Source of the DNA: Lama guanicoe
Taxonomy: Eukaryota
Reading direction: 5' to 3'
Length of the DNA: 64,000 bases
Assembly: GCA_013239625.1 (NCBI GenBank)
Contig: MU053557.1
Location: 2,696,123-2,760,122, forward strand
Below, piece by piece: positions 13,107-25,636 of this stretch. How positions within the stretch are numbered: position 1 is the stretch's first letter; every line of letters starts with the position of its first letter. The notes under the pieces are model-generated. The model did not search any database and was not told the DNA's origin. It was given only the letters and a program-made list of their open reading frames with translations. Position numbers and translations under genes: made by a program.

Positions 13107-13300
13107 TAGGGGTGGGAAACTCAATGCCTTCAGGAGTCCAGGCAGGTAAATAAATGAGGAGGGGCTGGCCTATGGCCAACTGAGGAGTGAAGGTTCCGCT
13201 CAGAGGTATCTGAAATTCAAATTGTTTTAGAGGAGTCCATTAGCTCAACAAACCTATTTACTGTTGGGTTAGTGCTTGGGCCAGTGGAGTTTGTCACTCC
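13107..13300 (+). mobile_element. hAT-Charlie relic (MER102-like)
   Basis: 'ggggtgggaaactcaatgccttcaggagtccaggcaggtaaataaatg' resembles the MER102 5' end; '...gtttgtcactcc' is the degenerate opposite TIR. Confidence 0.6.
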
Positions 13301-14094
13301 GTTTTACCTTCCCTTCCCATTAGAAATTTGAGTCTCCTCAATTACTTCCTTTACAAATACTAACTCACCCTCCAGCATCCCCAAGGATGGGGCAGGCAAG
13401 ACCTTCAAAGCTTAATTATTTGAAGATTCATTACCTTCCCCTGAAAGCTGTTTCCTTGCAATTTTTACCCAATTGTCCCTTTGAGGCTGGCAAAACAAAT
13501 CGAATTCTTTTTCTGTTTGATTTCCCTGCAAATATTGGACGATATTTACCACCTTCTCCAAACCTGCTAAATCTTCTCCAGATTAAAGTTTTTTCATCTG
13601 TTCCTCATGTCCAGATTATGAAACTCCCACCATCCTGTTCACGGCACTGTGTCAACATTCCTCTTCCAAGTGTTGTATCACACAAGCATGTAGTGTTATT
13701 AATAGTAGTGAAAAAGTACGTGCTTGTGTATACACAACATACAATAATAGGACGCTGATAAAGTCTGCACATCTCGTATTAAAAATCATGCTGAAGAACA
13801 TAGGAAAAACTTCATATGAGAATATTAAATGAAGAAGTCATATTGTAAAACATTGCATACAACCTTGACCCTTCTTTTATTTAAAACCAATTTGAGTAAG
13901 ATTTCAAATTAGAATGAAAACTGATACTGTACAGAAATTACTTTTCTAATTGGCAAACAGGTTACTTTTTTTTTAAATGTGTTCCCCAGAAATTCATTAA
14001 AAATTTCAGATTATAGATCCTTTAACAATGAAGAATCTGAGGTGACTCCTGTCTTGATCTACATGAATTTTTAAAAATCAGAGGCTTATGTGGA

Positions 14095-14246
14095 GGCAGC
14101 ATTCCTGAAATCCATGTGCTTAGTCCCGACTTCTCCCTCTAGATTGGAATACAGTCAGAGTGAAGGGTGGGGACTGAGCATATTTGGAAAAATACTTGGA
14201 CAAAGACTCTCAGGTGATTTTGATGCATATCACTGGTTAAAAATCA
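14095..14246. mobile_element. MER5-family relic
   Basis: 'gggtggggactgag...ctctcaggtgattttgatgcatatcactggttaaaaatc'. Confidence 0.55.
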
Positions 14247-15187
14247 ATCTAGACACTAGATTTCCACCAAATATATCCTTTTTCTTGGCAGCCCACAGAA
14301 TTCTTCTGATTCACCCTGAGAGTTAACTAAGATCCTGCAGGCTTGTTCTGATGAGCTGCTTTTTAAGGGCTGCTCCCCTCCCTGCATGCAGGTGGCTTTA
14401 TAAGACTTCAGGGAAGATATTGGCATCAATCTCCATACAATTCATGTTATTATTAGATTTGGCCCATCAAACTACACTGTCAAGATCTTGCTCTGCTGGC
14501 TCCTCCTCCCAGCTGTGAGTCATCCCAAATCTCAGTCAGAACGACATTTAAGATACTTATCCTGCAAAGGTCCTCTTTCCCAAGGTAAACATTCACAGTG
14601 TCATTAACCAGGAAGCCTAAGAGTTTTTTTTCCTCACCACCTGACCTGGACAGTCTCTGACACAGGTGGTCACAGTGTATGTAGCCTGGTCACCACTGAA
14701 GACAGAGGATTATCTTTCCCCTTTTTATGTACATACTGAAATATGATTTCTGTTGCTTGAAAGTCTTGAGCTAGGGTTTTTAATTACTCAAGTAATATTT
14801 GCTTATTATAAAATATGTTTTCAATACTATATGGAAACATGTAATTAAAAATTTGCCTCCATCCCCAAGCTCACTTTCATGAAGTGATCACTATTAACAA
14901 CGTGGTGTATATATACAGAAAGCTCTGTGTGCACCTCTCTACAAGGGTTGGTTTTATCTCTGACCAATAGTCAAATGTTTCTGCCACCCATTTCATAATA
15001 ATAATTTATTTTGGTATCAATATTAAAGGATTAGTTGAGTTCAGGGCTTTTGCTTCCAAAAGCATCATCTAAAGTGGCCCAGTTCATAAACATGAGAGGA
15101 AGAGCCAGTTATAACTTTGCTGGTCCTTCAGCAATTTGACTGGATTGGATGGTATCTGTAAGTCCTGTGTGTAGGGTGGAAGGGAAG

Positions 15188-15357
15188 AGTGGTTCTCAAA
15201 TGCTGGGCTGCATTAGGATCATGTAGGGGGCTTTAAAAAAAAACAGCTGTTCCCCAATGCTCAGATATGCTCCCCAATGACTTTCACACAGTGGGGTTGC
15301 AGGGGGACTCGGGACCAATTCTCTAGGCTGTACTAATGCTTGCCAAGGTCTGGACCC
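15188..15357. mobile_element. MER5B-like relic
   Basis: 'agtggttctcaaatgctgggctgcattaggatcatgtagggggcttt' matches the MER5B 5' end. Confidence 0.65.
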
Positions 15358-15469
15358 AACGGATTCATTCAGACATCAGGCCAACGTGCCTGATGCCATG
15401 AGCCTGAGGCACCAGGAGCTCTGGTGCCATCTCTCCACCTCCACACCCTGGTAGATTCCTCACCTTTCA

Positions 15470-15972
15470 GTCATATCACTTCTCAGCTGAAAAATTTCCA
15501 TAGCTTCCCACTGGTGACCTCTACCAGCTCTCTTTAGAAGCCTTTGAGGTTTTTCCCATCTGACCCTCATTTATCTTTCAAGAACCTTCCTTCACATAGG
15601 TGTAAACTCAGCTGGACTTTTTATTCCATCCTCTACTTTCTCTGCATCTTCATTCACTGTTCTCTTTCTTTGCAAAAGTTGTCTCTTTCTTACTTGCACT
15701 CCCTATATCTACCTATTTACTCCTGCATCCCTCAAGGTTCATATCAAATGTTGCCTCATCTATAAACCTTTCCTGATCCAAACCCACCTCTTGCCTCCTT
15801 CTAACAAACTAGAAGGGATCCTCTCTTCCTCTGAAATCTCTGCTCCGTTTAACAAATATTTTATGGTTCTTGCCTCTGTTGATCTTGTATTGCAATTTAT
15901 TGACTATCTTCTGTCTCCAACTAGATTATAAGTCAATTTATAAATGTATGTTGAATGAATGAAGAAATGAAT
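15470..15972 (+). mobile_element. L2 relic
   Basis: Pyrimidine-rich L2 body ending 'ctccaactagattataag...aaatgtatgttgaatgaatgaa'. Confidence 0.75.
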
Positions 15973-16339
15973 CCTCAAGTAAGTATCCACTGACAAACGG
16001 GGAAAGAGTGTGGGACAAGAAGAATCAGCAGGATCTCACCTGTACTCTACTGCCTCCAAGGAAATATTAAAAGCATATAAATCTACCAGCAACCAGCCTC
16101 TCACATGCACAGACCCAGCTTGGTTGGTAACTTCCTATCAGTATATGTGACTTCAAAGGAATTGGTTCATTTCCTTTGCTAGTAACTCAGATTGATTATG
16201 ACTTAAATCTTTCCACGTCACTCTGGAGTTAGGAGCCAATAACTCGAAGGACAGATGAGATACAGGAAAATAGACTGAGCAACAGGAATGTATATATGCC
16301 CTTTTGGGTGACTCTGTCATCATCATCTCACCAGCGGAC

Positions 16340-16850
16340 ACTGCTTAAAACTCCACAAAAGCTTTTCCTTGATCTTAGGTTGGTCCTGCCTGATCTGGTC
16401 CCTACTTCATTCCTGGCTCCACCTGATGCCATCTTTCCATTTGATCATGCTTCTCAGCCCTACTCCCTTTTCTCCAAAGTGATGCATGCCTCTCTCCCTC
16501 ATGGCTTTGCTTTATGATGTTTGCTCCCTCTACCTGACATGGCTGTTTCACCCCAAGCCTTAGCTTAAAGGTCACTTTCTCCGGGAGGCCTGCCCTGATC
16601 CCACAAGACTAGGTCAAGTTATTCCAGCATAGTTTATGATGACTTGGTTACAAATAAGCCTTCAGACCTGGAGCTTGTGTGTTCCTTCTGTGATTATCTT
16701 ATCCAGGTTTGTCCTTCCCACTAGATTTTAAACTCCACGAGGGCAGGGAACAAAGCTGTCTTGTTAGCTGTTATATCTTTGCACCCAGGACCAGATCTGG
16801 CACGTAGGATGTCCAGTTAATTTTTTGAGAGAATGTATGAATTGAATTGA
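16340..16850 (+). mobile_element. L2 relic
   Basis: 'cttcccactagattttaaactccacgagggcagggaac...ctggcacgtagg...gaatgtatgaa'. Confidence 0.8.
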
Positions 16851-17079
16851 ATTCCAAGAATATTTATCTGTGCAAAAAAAAATTAGACACAGAAAAATTA
16901 TGGAGATTTTTGCCACACCTCCAGCTCAGTCTCTGCTCCCTCCACTTGGTTGATGGATGATTTTCTCCTTACCCTCATTGCACATAGTGAGACAGCTGTG
17001 ACTGATAAACCTCAGCTTTTACTGAAAATGTCTTGAAGAAGCATTGCCAATATGAGCCCCACTGTTTCAAGGGAACTCA

Positions 17080-17400
17080 CATATTATGAGCACCAACTAC
17101 ATGCAGATACTATTCTCGAGCATCTTAGGTTATTTAATTTTCTCAGAGGCCCAATGAAATATCATTATTTCTACCTTATAAATGAGAAATCTGAGATTCA
17201 GAGAGACTCACTGACTTGAGCAAGATCACAGAGCCAGAAATGGCAGGTTTAACAAGTAGTCAAGGGAAAGGACTCTGGCCTGGAAACCAGGAGATGCGAG
17301 TTTTAGTCCATTTCACGCCACAAACTCCTTGGGTGACCTTGAGCCAACACGTGACCACTGAGTTTTTGACTTCCTTGTAAGTACATAATATCTGAAGATG
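17080..17400. mobile_element. Two adjacent MIR relics (minus ~17080-17245, plus ~17255-17400)
   Basis: 'ataaatgagaaatctgagattcagagag...gacttgagcaagatcacagagc' followed by 'gggtgaccttgagccaac...ctgagtttttgacttccttgtaag'. Confidence 0.7.
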
Positions 17401-18439
17401 AATTGAGACCAGACCTTCAAAAGTTTCTGAGCAGGAATAAAGCACAGCAGGCTGCAAGGAGTGATTATCCCGCCTCACTCCCCCTACCCTCAAGAACCAA
17501 CAGATGGCCTTCTCTTCATTTGAAAATCAAACGCTCCTACCAAGGTCAGTTATGCCTACAAATCAATGTGGGCTTTCTTCCCCTGCACAAAATCTCCAGC
17601 TGGAAATCAGCTCTAATTCTTTCTCATGCTCAGGCCCGGCTCTGAATAATATATTTTGAAAATGAACTATTTTGGGGCCAAGAAATCTGTAAATCTCAGC
17701 TGATTCATCACTTTCACCACCAGGCTCTTGCTCTCCTGCTTCTTCTGCTTCATCAGATAAAGACATTTTATCTCCACAGACAATTTCTCAGTGGGCTATG
17801 AGGAGAGCTCCCCTTTTGTCTCCATAAGATTTTTCGCAAAAGAGGAAAAAACATAAGGATGGGCGGAGTCTCAAGAAATAAATCAGAAGTAAGTAAGACA
17901 CTGTGGTGGGAATGGAGGCATGCAGATAAAGACACAATCACTGGACAGCCGAAACAATACAGTTTGCAACATGGTACTTGTCTTTGAAAGTGGAGATTCC
18001 AGAAGTGTCAACTGATCATTGTCTCAACAGAATAGGGAGACAAAAAAAGATAATTTCAGAAAATGTACTAGTTGAAAATCAGTTCTAGTTGACTGTGGAA
18101 TGCTTGTAACTCTCTCCCATAAGATCTACCTTTCTAACTATGTTTTTCTCGGATCAGTGTATATTAACATGACTTGACTTTGAGGAAATAAGCAACGTAT
18201 CCTTAAAACTATGCTAGGTAGAAGGGAACAGCCAGGCTCAGAATAAAAAACTGCCATGGACGCTCATTTGTGGGTAACTGAGAACTGAATGTTTTCTTAA
18301 GGGCAGAAAAACCCCTTCAGAAAATCTCCAATGCTCAGTGGGAGTTTTAAATGCTATATAAGAGAGTGATGTGACCACAAAAGTACACTGCAATACTAGA
18401 TGAGAAAGGCCATGATGTGTGGGGACCTTTCCTCCCATC

Positions 18440-19555
18440 ACTTTTCCTCTAGGCTACACCTCTTCTGAGCTCTGGACCATATTTCCAAATTCACCCCTGC
18501 ACTGGTGTCTCCATGTGGATGTCAGGCTATTCAAAGTCATTAAGTCCTAAATTTACTCCCACCTTATTCTCTCTCCAAATCTGCTCCTGTTCCCTCTTCT
18601 TTAAGTTCCTAGGACTCGATCTACACCACTGCCCAACTAGGGAGCTGAATCCCTTTTTCAACTTTACCTTGACATAGATAGAAGCCCTACTGATTCTATC
18701 TCTAAAATACTGCTCTAATAAGTCTACTTCTCTACACTGTCTTAATTCTGGCCCACATCCTTCCTCACCTGGATTAGTGCACTAGCCTTCAAACAAGCCT
18801 CCCTATGTCTGTCATTCCAGCCACATCCTGCCTTCCCACCATGTCATACAACACACCATCTCTCCACACACCAAAACAAACAAACAAACAAACAAAAAGC
18901 CCAACAAAACAAAACAAAACACACAACCCAAACCCAAAACCGTCACTCTCTAACGCCAAAAATTATCCCCAGATAACACATACACACACATATCCATGGA
19001 TCCAATAGAACAAATCATCAAGTCACACACACCTGCCTGCCACTCCCCATCCCATGCCCCTCTCTCCCATTTTCAGATCTCTGTTTGGGCTATTTTTCCT
19101 CCTGAGATGTCCTTCCTTCACCATCACACCACCCATTAACATTTCTTGACGTTCTTACTTCTCCTTCCAGATCAAGTTCAAAGTACACCTCCTCTATGAA
19201 GTCAGGTGAACTTGTTGGCTCTCTTTTCTAGGCTGTCAGATCCCAGTGTACCAAGATTTGTTAGCCTTGTCTCCCTACCTGGCACTGGAATCCCAAAAGG
19301 CAGTAGAACTTAACAGCACAGTGTGAGATAAAGCAGACTGCGAGTAAAATCCCAGTCATCTCTTACCAGCTTGGGAGAGTAAGTTTTCTGAGTCCCACTT
19401 TTCTCACTTCAGAAATAGAGATATTATCAGAAGTAAACGAAAAAGTGCACAGTACCTAGCACCTAGGTAAGACTTCATAAAATGACAACCATTATTATTA
19501 AAACTATTTAGACTCCTTGTGCCCGGTATTCAACAAATGTTTTAACTGCATGAGT
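18440..19555 (+). mobile_element. L2 relic with an (AAAC)n tract and an inserted MIR (~19310-19500)
   Basis: L2 motifs 'gattctatctctaaaata...cctcacctggattagtgcactagcctt'; MIR 'tcttaccagcttggg...ttttctcacttcagaaatagag...cacagtacctagcacctagg'. Confidence 0.65.
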
Positions 19556-19989
19556 GGATTTAGCTTTCAGCTCCTTCATTTTTATAAATAAGCATATTCA
19601 AGTGTAATTTCATACCAGAGCCTTTCAGGATTTATGCAAGGGAAACAAGGGAGGTACTAATCTCACCATTTCACTAGTGGGGAAATGCAAATTGAGAACA
19701 TATGTAACTCTGCTCAGAAGATAGTATATTAGTGGCCCAGGTGAGACTAGAACTTAGCTTCCCAATGTTATACTACATGTAAAACATTGTCTCATATTTT
19801 AGAAAATGAATCCAAATGAAAATAGCTTGATTGTCCAGTCATTTGCACTATGCTGGGTACTTGTAAAGATATGCTTATTTTACAAGAAAAGAAATTTGTA
19901 AAATAACAAATCAGGAAGATGTCAAGAAAAGGACTGGCTCCCCAATTTAGAGAATGCAGATATTTAAAAAAGAGCTCTTTGGGAAGTAT

Positions 19990-20552
19990 AAATCTGATTA
20001 TGTCATTCCCTTGCTTTTAAGCCCTCCACTAACTTCACACTGCCATCAGAATAAAATCACCTTACTCTGTCATGGCCTCTAAGCTTCTACTTGGTCTGGA
20101 TCTGCCTACCTCTCCTATCACTCCGCCTTTCCTTTATTCATCATGCTCAAGTCCCACTGGTTCCTCATATTCTCCAAGCTCATTACTACCTCCAGGCCTT
20201 TGCATTTGCTGTTTTCTCTCTGAGAGTCCTCATTCCCCAGATTTTTCCCATCTTGGTACCTTTTTGTTATTTAGGTCTTAGTGTCAAGAACTTCCCACTC
20301 TATTCTGTTTAATAGTGGCTCCTTACTACCCATTCTCTCTATTGTATCATTAACTTGTTCTCATCTCTTCATACCATTTATCATCCTACAAATTATTTGC
20401 TTTTTGGATCTTTCCTCCCATGACAATGTAATGTCCATGAGAACAGAGAAAGACCCTGTTGATCTTGCTCACTACTGTATCTCTAGCACCTAGAACAGTG
20501 CCAGGTACCTACTAGGTATTTAGTCAACATTTGCTAAATAGATGAATGAATA
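19990..20552 (+). mobile_element. L2a-like 3' region
   Basis: 'aaatctgattatgtcattccc...ggcctttgcatttgctgtt...tctagcacctagaacagtgccagg...acatttgctaaatagatgaatgaa'. Confidence 0.88.
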
Positions 20553-22327
20553 AGCTTCTTTTATTACCAGTAAAACATAAAAATCAATCCTTCTATGCAT
20601 TAGCAATCTAGACTGTAGAACATCCTTGAACCTAAAAGCAATACAGTCCCCAAAATCAGAACTCATGGGAAGAAGTGAGCTAACACCAAACATCATTCTT
20701 ACATCTTTGAGAACAAAGGACTGTTGTTTTTATATCCAAAGAAAACTGAGCTTTTTGGCAAAGGGGACTGTTTAGAGACACCCCCCTCATTTGAACCAAG
20801 AGGTCACACATGTTTCTTCTCCAACTTGGAGCTCAGCCTCCTGCTCTGGTTTCAATCTGAAGATTTTATCTGACAGTCTGCATGTCTTGTTTTTGGTGAA
20901 CTTGCTCTGTTGCCAGAGAGTTAACTTAGAGGATATACCACATAAAGAGTAAAATGTGCATTAAGGGGGGGAGAAGGGATCTGTAATGCAGTTTGATTTC
21001 CAGGATTAACTTAAAAATGATCTGGAATTTTTACTTGCAATGTCATAATGCCCAATCAACTTTAAAGTTAAAAATCCTGGAAGCTGATTCAATTAGCCTT
21101 GACAGATACACAGTCTTCTCAAGCAGAAGGGTAAGATGGTTCTTCTCCCTATCTTTCTGAATTTTTCTCCCAATACCATGAAACAGTAATAGCACTTATA
21201 ATCTAGCAGAGTGACTCTGTAAAACCCAGCAAAACAGGAGCCCCTGTTGTTTCATTTCAGGTTAATTTTAGAAAGCAGAGTTGGAAAAGACTCAAACTTA
21301 TGCAAGTAAGCAAGCACCATCTTAAAGATTAGGGCTGGGAATCCATTTCCTTCCTAGGTCTTCAGTGATTGATGTACATGTAAAGCAAACCCAGGCACAA
21401 ACTCCAAGTTCTCTCCCAACAAGTTATATTTTCCTCTTTCTCCTTTTTGAACAGCTGAGCCACAAGTTCCTCTTTATAAGATGCCACAGGAAGTTACAGA
21501 AAGCAAGATTTTGATTGGATATACATAATTATGTCAAATCTGGTAACAGCCTAATTTACTGAAAATCGAAAAGCATATTGAATGTGAGGTTGTTTCTATT
21601 ACAAAAGCTTAGAACATAGAGTCAGTCTCATGCTGCCACTCCAGCCTTAAAAATCAGATAGAGATTCATGACACAAAAAATGATAGACATGGTGTCGAGA
21701 ACTCACGATGCTACACTTCATGTTCCTCACAACCATCTCTTTGGTCTTACGGCCAATGAGGACAGATATTGCATGTATAGCAGCCCTGTTCCACTCTTCC
21801 TAATTTATGAGTCAGCTCTTTGACTCCCCAAGGCCCCTTCTTCAATAGCTACATGATTAGAATCTATGGATTTCTATTTGGTCTTTATCATCAGAGGATG
21901 GTTAGCCATACAGTGAATAGTTGAGTTTGGGAGAAAGCATTGGGTAAAGGGAGGAGGAAAGGTGTACACTAAAAAAGTAGATTTATTAAAATCAACTGTG
22001 ACAGACTGGTAATTATTGAAATAGGTTTTAACAGAGATAGAAAGAAACCTGTATAAAGGCACTTCACAGTAATTAATTGAGCCTCTCCTAGTTTTAAATT
22101 GAGAGAAATACAAAAATCAATAATTTCAAATGTGTCATGCTTATTGACACTAATGAAACCTCCTGAATAAGCATTTAATGCAACTCCACTGCTATTTTAA
22201 ATTTACGTTCCATACTGAGTGAACATTACAAGGTCAGGTCAGCTCCCCTGGGCTTCACAGAGCTGATGCTATCAAATAGACAGGACTTTGTTCATGCTGT
22301 TTATGGAATAACCCTTTAGAGAGTTGC

Positions 22328-22348
22328 TGAGCTGTCCGTGGTGCTGAA
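22328..22348 (-). promoter_or_regulatory. REST/NRSF binding site (RE1/NRSE)
   Basis: Minus strand reads TTCAGCACCACGGACAGCTCA. The first 18 nt are identical to the canonical RE1 TTCAGCACCACGGACAGCGCC with the canonical spacer, and the site lies in unique, non-repeat sequence. Confidence 0.88.
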
Positions 22349-22649
22349 AAAGCAGCTCTTTCCCCTTTGGTTCAGCAGAAGACATATTTTAAAATGACAT
22401 GGTATCTCATAGTCCAGTGACCCACACTTCCATGTTTACTTGGAAAAAACCCCACAGAATCTCCTAATACTCAGATTTCCTAGAAAGCTTTGATTATGCT
22501 ATCTCACTAAAATCTCAATTTTACTCTTCATACGTTTAGATATTAATCCACAATGAGGTACATTAAGTTGCATTTGCTTCCATTATTTTTTGTAATATGT
22601 GTTCTATCTCTCCCAACAGACCATAAGCTCAAGAGTTCTGGAAATACTA

Positions 22650-22862
22650 ACGGATATGTTGGAAGATCTGGATTCGAATTTAGGCTCCACCACTTACTAG
22701 TTGGATAACTTGGTTGAGTCAAGTTATTCTCTCTGCCTTAGTTTCCTGATGCATAAAAAGAAATGATTACTACCCAGTAACTACCTTTTTGGGGGAGGGT
22801 CAAGTACAATGGTATATTTCAAAACGCTTTGAAAACTGTAACAAGCTATACAATTATAAGCA
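22650..22862 (+). mobile_element. MIR SINE relic
   Basis: 'gatctggattcgaatttaggctccaccacttactagttgg...ctctctgccttagtttcctgatgcataaaa'. Confidence 0.82.
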
Positions 22863-23213
22863 TTTATCATGTCATTTTTTTTTTTGGTATCACGGGTAGT
22901 AAAATATTCTTGACCTAGCAGTCACAGTTTAAGTTTTTGTTGTCTTTCCAATTCTGAACAGGCCTATGGAATTAAGAATAATGAAGATAACTATTTTTAA
23001 ATCTCCTTGCCTGAGGAATCTGAGGTTATAAATGTAAGGAGAGATTGACTTAGAAGAAGGCAAAGAAAGTTGGAAACTGAAATTCAGATTCCAGTAAAAC
23101 ATTCAAAAATTAAGATATAGATGCTCCAATTAGCTCCAGGTCATTGTCATCTTCATCTTTCCAGTATTTGTCATTCATTAAAACAATGCCCCAATCAGCA
23201 TGCTAATATACAG

Positions 23214-23330
23214 ACAAGATATTCCTTTGCAATTTTAAATATAGTGTTTCAATTACTACTACAGATCCTCACAACATCATAAAGGAAAAACTTACGTATC
23301 AAGGACCAAATCAACAACCAAATACACAAA
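23214..23330 (+). repeat. Copy 1 of a 117-bp local direct duplication (partner 25520-25636)
   Basis: Manual ungapped alignment gives 11 mismatches in 117 nt. Confidence 0.92.
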
Positions 23331-23460
23331 ATCTCATCCTGTAAATAAAGTGATTTAGGAGTGATCGAATAACTTGCCCAAGACAACAAAGAGTGGTTTT
23401 AGCCAAAGTATGAAACTGGATAATTTTGAATCCAAAGTTTACTCTCTTAACCACCATGTC
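23331..23460 (-). mobile_element. MIR relic abutting duplication copy 1
   Basis: 'aataacttgcccaagacaacaaagag...tccaaagtttactctcttaaccacc'. Confidence 0.7.
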
Positions 23461-25263
23461 CACAGCCCCATATATTGAACTGTTACTTTGGGTGTGGGTT
23501 ATCTTAAAAGCTGGCCAGACATTCTTGGGTCCCTTACACTGGAATAGAACTCTTGAGATCAAATTATCTGGCACATTAGAGGTAATAATAAAAATGAACC
23601 CTTTGGGGAATAGAGAGATAAAAGGAAATTTACTGTAATCTTTGCCTTATAACTTCTAACCCAAGGTAAATTCTCCAGATTACATGACACAACAAATCAG
23701 AAAGGGAATAAATTCCTGGAACCTCGAGTGTGCTGACTTACAAATGACCAATTCAGCATCTCTAAACCAATTAGAATTTATTTTGCTGTATCATAAAGGG
23801 GTTCAAATAAGATGTACTTGATGTGGTTTTTGTTTTTTCCATTAGAAATCAAAACTCAGCAATGCTAACAGTTACATTATTGTGCAATCCTATCTCCATA
23901 TATTTAAACCATTTCCATTCCTAAAGACCCAGCTGACATTCTCCTTCTTCTGTGAGTATTCACAGATGGTTCCACTTCATAGAAATGCAGAGAAATTAAA
24001 TTACTATCACTTCTAAATATACTACACATTTCTCAACAAATCATCTATTGTCCTGGGCTATCTCTCCATTTTCTCAGATAGCAATTTAACATATATTAAT
24101 TAATAGAATATAATTATCGACACATTTATATCTTATTTCTTTAATGAAACTGGAGACTGATTCATATTAGATGCTAACAATTTTAACTCACGTTGGCAGT
24201 TTCTACACTTCAGTGAAATTGCTTGTTCAAGTCCTGCTTTCTCCCTACCCTCTCATGGATCCTCATTAGATCCATGAAGTCAGGGCTACTTTTTTTTTTT
24301 TTTGGTCACACTATTGTATTCTCTGTACCAAGCACATCATAGGGATTATGTGATAGTTGGGGAAAATGAAGGAATGAATAAATGAGCCAGTTGAATTGAC
24401 AGGGATTATTATCCTACACTGAATGCACACATCCTCACCCCTAACCTAACAGCTATTGGTAGAAAATTTCAAACCTAGTTCAATTGGATTAACCTGTGTT
24501 CCTAAATGAATTTATATTATTTGGCATGAGAAATCATTTTCAAAGTACCATAGGAGATTTATGCTTGGGAATTGTGTTTGGGAATTCTGTTTCTTACATA
24601 TTAAAAAAAAGGCAGCATGGATCATAAAAACTGACATGGAAATAAAAGGGAAAAGGGCACTGAGAATACATTATTTTCTAATTGTTTTATATCAATAAAA
24701 TTTTGAGGAATTGTGTTTCAGCACAGAGCTGAGAAGGAATTTCTATCCACTCTTTTCAAGAGCACATAAGCTATCTTAACTTGATATATTTATGTATTTA
24801 TTCAATAATATTTACTGTAGTAGATGTTAGAGATAGAGAAGTGAACAAAACCAATATGGCCCCTCCCTCAAAAAACCTACATTCTAACCTAATGAGAAAA
24901 TAGAAAATTTCTCCCTTTCATTTATAGTAAGTACTGATAAAGAATCAATTCCATGCACAGCATTGGGTTTTCATTTTCCTAGCCTCGCTGCGTCTCTGCT
25001 ATTACTGAGTGTGGAACAGATGACACAAGTAGTTAATCTGATTTAATAAATCCCTTAATTCTCTTGGTAAATACTGGAGAAGCAAGGGGATCACAGAGAA
25101 AGAGGGTCCAGAAATAGATTTTAATCCTTTTTCCATCTTCTTCCTACACTCTTCACTAGAGATACTAAGACAGTTCCTTTAGAGGGAGCAATCTCTGTCA
25201 GTCTCTGATATGTGTAGGGGGAAAAGAACTGGGAGTTTCCATGGATATGTTTGGAGAGAGACA

Positions 25264-25265
<2 letters not shown>

Positions 25266-25303
<38 letters not shown>

Positions 25304-25321
25304 ACGCGTGTGCACGTGCGC
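25266..25321. repeat. (GT)n microsatellite extended by alternating purine-pyrimidine sequence
   Basis: GT repeat at 25266-25300, then 'cgcacgcgtgtgcacgtgcgc'. Confidence 0.95.
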
Positions 25322-25519
25322 TTTCTTTCATGATGGGTGTCCTGGTCAATGGTCACAGTTAAAGGGATTAAGTAGCAACCTCTCCTGGAGGGACATGCAT
25401 ATCTCTGTGGATTCTATGATCCATGATGTATATTCTTTAGTTCAAAGTTTTTTCCCCCTTTTATTTGTTGAGATGAATTTTCTATTATACCCTCAAGTTA
25501 AACATCACCTTTCTCTGAA

Positions 25520-25636
25520 ACAAGATATTCTCTTGCAATTTTACATGTAGTGTTTCGATTACTACCACAGGTCTTTACAACATCATAAAAGAAAAACTTA
25601 CGTATCAAGGACCAAATCAATAACCAAATACACAAA
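25520..25636 (+). repeat. Copy 2 of the 117-bp local direct duplication
   Basis: Matches 23214-23330 at a constant offset of 2306 nt. Confidence 0.92.

Noticed and set aside
17563..17766. Acidic ORF MSLSDEAEEAGEQEPGGESDESAE
   Set aside because: Explained by a purine-rich stretch; no convincing donor site and no recognised homologue.
21706..21810. Minus-strand open frame EEWNRAAIHAISVLIGRKTKEMVVRNMKCSI ending at GTGAGT
   Set aside because: The acceptor has no polypyrimidine tract and I recognise no homologue.
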